Shown here: positions 56,725 through 64,000 of the stretch, piece after piece
Layout: every line of letters starts with the position of its first letter
Numbering within the stretch: position 1 is the stretch's first letter
Assembly: GCA_009914755.4 (NCBI GenBank)
Contig: CP068257.2
Coordinates: forward strand, 29,184,001-29,248,000
Length of the DNA: 64,000 nucleotides
Direction: 5' to 3'
Origin: the human T2T-CHM13v2.0 reference genome, Homo sapiens
Notes under the pieces: generated by a model
What the model saw: only the letters and a program-made list of their open reading frames with translations
Database searches by the model: none
Told to the model about the DNA's origin: nothing
Translations under genes and position numbers: made by a program

Positions 56725-59318
56725 TGTCATTTTTTATTGGACAACAAAATCACTCCCTCCCTACTTCCTCATCCATTAAATGAGGGAGTTGTATTAAATT
56801 AGTTCTAAGGTGTCGTCCAGCACTAACATCTTACAAAAACTATTGTTACACAATGAGAATAAGGGACAGAACTAGATAATGTAAGATGATACATGTGGTT
56901 TATGCATAATAAAAAGAAATAGAAAAATTAAGTTCCTTAGTTTCATTTATGGAGCTATTTTCTGGTCAATTCCTATTTTATTTCAAGAGAGAAATATCTA
57001 AATTATTTCCAATTATTGTAGACATTACCAGAATTAGCTCCTTTTAAATAAGCACTAATTGCTAAAGTCTCAATTTTAGACTGGAAGTATGTTCCCTGGG
57101 ATTTAAAAAATAATGCCTCCTAGAAAGATGGATCCTTAACTGCTGTACGCAATCCCTGAATTTATTAGATTAGTGCCCAAATGAAACCCTTCCTGTGAAT
57201 TCTTGTTTCCTAAAACAGGGCTCCTTTGGTGGGCAGATGAAAATAGAAATCTAGTTCAGATTTAGCCAACACTTTTAGAGTGCCTACTGTGAGTCAGACT
57301 TTAATTTCACACTCTTTCATTCTCACAGTCACATTATAAGGGATGGTAGACACAAACTAACTCTTCACCAAACCCATTTTCTCTTCTTCCTTTGCCCACA
57401 TCAAGACCATATGAACCAGACTCCTTTCAAGAGTAGACATAAGAATGGAAACTTGCCAATGAAATGTGAGCAGAAGTCGTAGGGGTCACTTCCAAGGCAC
57501 CTCACAGAAATTTCCTATGTGTAGTCCCCCTGCTCTTTGACCTTCTGCAGCCACATTGGAAGCCATGAGTTGAAGCTACAAGAGGCACAAGACAGAAAGT
57601 GCCTATGTCTTCAAATCATATTGAAGAAGAGCTACCCACTAACTGGAATACCCATTGAAGGCTTGAAATGAGCAGGAAATAAATTCCCATTGGGTGAAGC
57701 CACTAGGACTACACAGTTTATCTTTTTGTTGTTGTTGTTAACAACTTTGTGTATTCATTTTATTATATACCTACATTTACAAAATTGTAACAATGTGGCA
57801 TATTGTCTTATGTAATTGCATGACAAGAATATTTCCAGATCCTTAGTATTGTTTTAATGGCTACATTTGTATAGACATTGCCATGATTTATTTAACCACT
57901 CTACTACTGGCAAGATACTTATGTGTTTTCTAATTTTTGATATAAGAAGAAGCATATAATAAAATATCTCATTATAATTAATTATGCACATTTATGACTA
58001 TTTCTCATGAATTAAGTTCATAGGAATAGAAGTAATGGCGCAGTGCATAAACTCACTCTCTCTCTCTCATGGTAGCAATGCTTAGAATCCAAAGTGCATA
58101 TTCCTTTCATCCCGGAAATTTACACAGTCTGTCTTTTATAACAGTGAGCCTCAACCTTAGCTAATACTTGAAGTTAGCATTACTATCCTCATTTACACAG
58201 GAGGAGACAGTGACTGAGAGATCAAACAACTGAACTTACTGTCAATATGCTAGAACTGAATTCAATACCAGACCTCTCATTCCAAGTCCTGTGACTTTTC
58301 TAAAACAATGTTTTCCCTCTTCTAAAGTTTCTGATTTCTACAAGAATACTACATATGCTTTGCAGATCATTTGCAGGCTTTTCTTGAAAGAGAAATATTT
58401 TTCAAGCTCTTTCCAGAATCATATACAGAGATAAGGGAAGAGTCAATGAATTATTATCTTGGCAACAGCTAACGAAAAGATTAAATTCTTTCCTCGTTTT
58501 AATCAAATCAATTTGAAAAGGAATGCAACCCTTAATCCCAGGATTTATAACTATAACTTTTGTTCATGGAGTAAGCTTTGGGGGTAAATTCACTTCATTT
58601 TCCAGTGAACTTTATTTCCATATTTTATCATTTACCATGGAAAAAGAAAGATGAACAGACTATTGAATCTGTTGTTTAGGCCACCCAGTTTGTAGCACTT
58701 TGTTATGGCAGCCCCAGCAAACTAATCCAGATAGTTCTGCTAGGGATATGCAGAGAGGATGAGGCAGAAAAGAGGAACACTGGGATCAGTTAGGGGCTTA
58801 TTATGGACCCCAGTATAAGGCAATGGCTGCCCACCATAGCTAGAGGCGGAGGAAATGCTAAGAAAATCACCAAAAGAATTGTTATGGCTACTAAGAAGGA
58901 ACAATAGCTCTTGGTGTTTAATTAAATATGTCAAGTTAGGGGAAAAGAGGAGAAAAACTAATAACAAGATTTCAATTATAGGTGACATAGAAGATGGCAG
59001 CACCATTAACCAAGAGGCAAAAATTAGTATGATGAGAGTTTTTAGCAAAAGAATATTTGATTTTTGTGAAAATCTTCTCTGCCATTGCAATTGATGTGTT
59101 CCAAAGAATATTTGCATAGTCATTTTAAAAGTGTTTTCAATAAAGAGAAAGGTGGTTTAGGGGCTAGAGTTTCAGGCCCAAAACTGTAAAGTCTTTCTCA
59201 TGAAGAAATTTTAATAACTTGTTTTGGTGGTAAGTATATAGCTGAGAAATCTATACATCACTAAACAAATTCTACCCTAGACCACATCCAGTTCTGGATT
59301 AAGAGTAATCACCTGTCT

Positions 59319-59427
59319 GGGAGGGTCGCTTTAGCCTGGGAGGTTGAGGCTACAGTGAGCCATAATCGCACCACTGCACTCCAGCCTGGGTTACAGAATA
59401 AGACTCTGTCCTAAAAATAAAAATAAA
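59319..59427 (+). mobile_element. Severely 5'-truncated Alu (right-arm 3' end only, about 110 bp) with a perfect 18-bp TSD
   Basis: Sequence 'gggagggtcgctttagcctgggaggttgaggctacagtgagccataatcgcaccactgcactccagcctgggttacagaataagactctgtcctaaaaataaaaataaaaag'. TSD 'aagagtaatcacctgtct' at 59301-59318 and at 59428-59445. Confidence 0.75.
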
Positions 59428-59685
59428 AAGAGTAATCACCTGTCTTTCTTACAGGAACCAGCAACTATCATTAACATAATTATTACATATTCTTATCGTA
59501 TCATCTGTTTTAATAATAGGGCACAGAACAACTTACACAAAGCAATCATATTTGCTTATAATAGCTTTTTACTTGTGCTAATAGGTACTGGTTCCCAATC
59601 ATAATTGTTTCATACAAATCATGTCTAATTAATATAATAGATTATATTATAACAATTTGAGTTTTGAAAATTTCTTTGAATATTA

Positions 59686-60005
<320 letters not shown>

Positions 60006-60737
60006 TTACTCTAGGCATCTCTCTGAACATGCCCATCAGGCAGTTAAACATAGGAAAGCACAGTTTACAAAAGAGATTGCAGCGAGAGATCCTAATAAGT
60101 AAAGCTTTCAGACTTATAAAGGCAAACACAAAGTCTTTCAAATAGGAAGCCATTTACAAACTCGTAAGCACAGGTAGGAGTTTTCAGAAAATCTAAAAAG
60201 ACCAAGCCTAGGTCTTTAACAAGGTTAAAGTCGAAGATCAGAGCCCACCTTTATCTATCTACATGGATAGCTTTAAAGGGACTGTTCCGGCCTGTGTCCC
60301 AATGTGTCGAGTATTCATTCCTGCTATTTGACCAAATCTCAATACCTTCCTTTGAGTCTTACAAGCTTTAGATCTCTCAGATTTAAAGTCAGATATTCCA
60401 AAGGTAGGTTATACTTTCAGCTTTCAACATAGTTTCATTATAAGCAAGCAACATATAAGTAAAAGGATAGAATATCCATCCATCCTTCACTGATAACTTG
60501 CATGATGTAGCATCTTGGTAAGCCTTTATATGCATTGGAGGAGAAAAGTAAGGCATTTGGAAGTAAAATGTGAAGCCCTAAGGGGAGCAAAGCATATAGG
60601 AGAAGATATTGAAGAATCAGTGAGTTTGTCCTTCACAACCCAACTATGAGCTTCAGGAGAGCAGGAATAGTAATGGCTTTGTTTTCCACTGCATAACCAG
60701 CACCTCGCATAGAAAGTTGAAACATTAGAGGTATTCT

Positions 60738-61046
60738 TTATTTATTTATTTATTTATTTTATTTTATTTATTTATTTTTTTTTTTGAGACAGACTCTCGC
60801 TCTGTCGCCAGGCTGGAGTGCAGTGGCGCAATCTCGGCTCACTACAACCTCCGCCTCCAGGTTCAAGCAATTCTCCCGCCTCAACCTCTCGAGTAGCTGG
60901 GACTACAGGCAAGCACCACCACGCCTGGCTAATTTTTTTGTATTTTTAGTAGAGACGGGGTTTCACTATGTTGGCCAGGATGGTCTCGATCTCCTGATTT
61001 CGTGATCCACCTGCCTTGGCCTCCCAAAGTGCTGGGATAACAGGAA
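60738..61046 (-). mobile_element. 5'-truncated Alu (antisense) with a (TTTA)n-expanded tail and a perfect 17-bp TSD
   Basis: (TTTA)n plus poly-T at 60738-60785, then 'gagacagactctcgctctgtcgccaggctggagtgcagtggcgcaatc'. Ends '...cccaaagtgctgggataacagg'. TSD 'aacattagaggtattct' at 60721-60737 and at 61047-61063. Confidence 0.9.
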
Positions 61047-63607
61047 CATTAGAGGTATTCTAATGTTTGTTGACAGAAAGTCAGAAGGGAGAGAGGGAGG
61101 AAAGGAGATGAAGAGGGAAAAGAGCAAAAGGAGATGGTGAGGGAAGGTGGCAGGAAGGGAAGAAGGGAGGGAGGAAATGAAGGGAGAAAAAGAGGGAGAA
61201 ATTTGATTTTGAGCTGGGACATTGAGATAATGTCCCGAAGACAATGGCCAAGAGATTTCAGTCTGGAATGGAGAAAAGTTCTGGAAATAGTGACATGATA
61301 TTGTGAATTTACTTAATGCCACTGAATTGTACACTTGAAAATACTTAAAATGACAACTTTTATGCTACATATATATTTTACCATGATAAAAAAAATTTTA
61401 ATTAGATTTAAGTTGTTATCATCACTAGAGTATAAATGTTCTCTGTGTCCTCAAACTTTCTATAAAGTGTTAGAAACACAAATGCCTTGTGTAAGTGGAT
61501 CTTAGTGAAAATCATGGAAAGGAAGTGTAAATATCTGAATCACGGTAGTCTAAACAGAAGCCAACCATAACATAGGAAGAAAATTCATGAAATGAACTAA
61601 TTCTTCTCAAGTAGAAGCTCAGAGCCCAAGAAGGTAAGAAAAAAGTTAGACATCTTTCCCCAACCTGTCTACTCTCAGATTCCTCGGAGATGTTGGGAGC
61701 AGCCAAGACTTCCACCAAACAGCAAAAGGAGATAAGAGAGCTATTTTTGTTTCAATGTTAAATGACAGGATGGCTCAGCTGATACTTGGGTTACATGTGT
61801 ATTATCTCAATTTACTCCTGAAAACAAAGGTGTAAGATGCTACCATTATCTCCGGTTCACACACAAATGAGCTAACTAAGGCTCAGAAACGTCGACAAAC
61901 CTGCATCCAAGTGGCAGAACCAGGAAAAGTTACGCTCCTTCCCTGGAGCTATGAGATATTGGATACAAATTGCATTTCTAGGCTGTAAATGAAGAGAAAG
62001 AAATCATCACTGCCCTGTCTTTTAAAGGACTGTTCTCAAAAACAAACTTTGAAACTTTACAATTTATTATGTAATAAGGCAAAGAATGGAGAGAACTTCC
62101 AAAGTTCAAGTACAAATAGAATAGCTCTAATAGCAAAGAAGATGATTCCCAAAACAGAAATGAAGGCAAGAAAATAGCTTTGCAAGACAGCTACCACAGC
62201 CTTAAATGTTCACATTGTCACAATAAATAGCCCAGGCAAAAGCTTGCTCATATCTAACCATAAAGGCTATGTTCTTATATATTATTAATATAGAAATGTT
62301 ATCTATTAGAGCCAAGTAACCATCTAAATAAAAAGATAAAGAAGGTACCTCTGTCTTTATATTTTTTATTGAAATCTAGAAAGCTGAAAGTTAAAAAAAA
62401 TTAATCTGTCATCTTCTTAAAAAGTGGGAATTTTCCAAATTATATGTGAAGTGACTAAAATAAACAACAAATGAGAATCATGTAATAACAGTTTTGAAAG
62501 GGCAATGTAGAGTTCCCCTAGTGATTTCTATTTTAAAATAAATCAGAGCATTTCCAAAAGCCAGAGTGCTTATTTTAAAAAGAGAGGGCATGAAACTAAT
62601 ATAGACTAAAAACCATGTCTTGCTTTGTTGAGATATTACCATGAGCCATGCATACTAACATAATCCAATTAGGGGAATCCTAAGAGTAGAGCCATCAATG
62701 GGAAAAATTAAAAATATTGCATCTATATGGAAATCATCTATATATTTCACCTCTGAAAAACCATCAGAGAAATAAGAAATCCATTTTGCACTGACAACAC
62801 AGAGTGAGATCAAATTCTCCACAAGACACCAGCATTTCTGTTATGAAAAAAGACACCCATTGTTGATGGCATGTGTACCTCATATGTCTCCATTTTGTGT
62901 AAAAATCATCTGCTTTTGTATCTCCTTGAGCAACTCTGAAAAGAAAATCAAGATGTTTTTCTGGACAGAACAAATGAGAAGGGCAAAAGCAAACCAGTTG
63001 GTAGCCAGTCTTCACTTCCTTAAAAAAAAAAAAAAATGGCAAAAGGACTTAGCATGTCAACCTCCACCTATCCAGATGGTTTGATTTATTTAGTACACGA
63101 GTTCCAGGGAAGAACGAGCAAGAAGTATGACTAAGTATTAATATAAGCCAACAGGTTTTTAAGCTTCTTTTTAAGTCTCTCCTGCCCAGATTTACTAAAA
63201 CACAGAGCTTTAATTTTCTCAGGGCTCTGACTCGAACAGTCAATTGGTATCCCTCGTTGGCAGATTCTACTAATCCACTACCATGAGTGAGGTGGGTATA
63301 AAGCTAGAGCCACTCTTTTGATGTGATTAATTTCAGGGCCTGAAAAGTGCCTTCTCTTTCTTTCTCCTTCTCCTTCCATCCCGATTGATCATGGAGGAAT
63401 CTTTTCCAAAGGTTTCTACTGTGATCCTCTAACTAAATAAGACTCAGCACTTCTCAGTGATCCCACTGCTCCCTTCCCTGCACATCTTTCTGAAATACCT
63501 GGTTTTCTGGGTAACTTTTCTTTTTCCTAAATGTAAGTTATTCCATGTGCCCCTAGAAATGGAAGGAGACGTAGAAGACAAGTTACTCCTAGAAATCTCA
63601 TAGCCCT

Positions 63608-63921
<314 letters not shown>

Positions 63922-64000
63922 TCATAGCCCTTACTTCACCGCACAGCTGAAGACTCTCTCTGAACAAGTAAAATATAAGATAATCCTTGGTTTGGTCACA

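Overview
This window is primate (human-like) euchromatic DNA from the high-glycine/tyrosine keratin-associated-protein (KRTAP) region, which in human lies at 21q22.1 (assignment from recalled protein identity, not a search). The only intact protein-coding gene I can support is the single-exon KRTAP7-1 on the minus strand (CDS 13078-13341), with a TATA box and an AATAAA signal. About 26 kb away, in the same orientation, is a frameshifted and stop-interrupted KRTAP7-like pseudogene (38928-39212). Its homology to the intact gene extends into the 5' leader, but its TATA box is destroyed. The rest is interspersed repeat. There are about 29 Alu or Alu-derived elements, including a free left Alu monomer (FLAM), 5'-truncated copies and one internally deleted copy. 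L1 is represented by an old ORF2 fragment, two young 3' ends with 17-18 bp target-site duplications (TSDs), a twin-primed inverted/direct copy, and a 1.2 kb 3' end. Mammalian apparent LTR retrotransposon (MaLR) solo LTRs of the MLT1, THE1 and MST types are present, plus many microsatellites. I found no RNA genes, no CRISPR arrays (not applicable to this eukaryotic DNA) and no novel biological system. The most notable structural observations are a perfect 149-bp tandem duplication (50358-50655), a TA-repeat-associated fold-back (inverted-repeat) and templated-insertion structure (52734-53172 with a donor segment at 54275), and a nested MLT1/THE1 duplication (5150-7450). All coordinates were derived by eye and may be off by a few bases. 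Repeat family names are from memory and need RepeatMasker confirmation.
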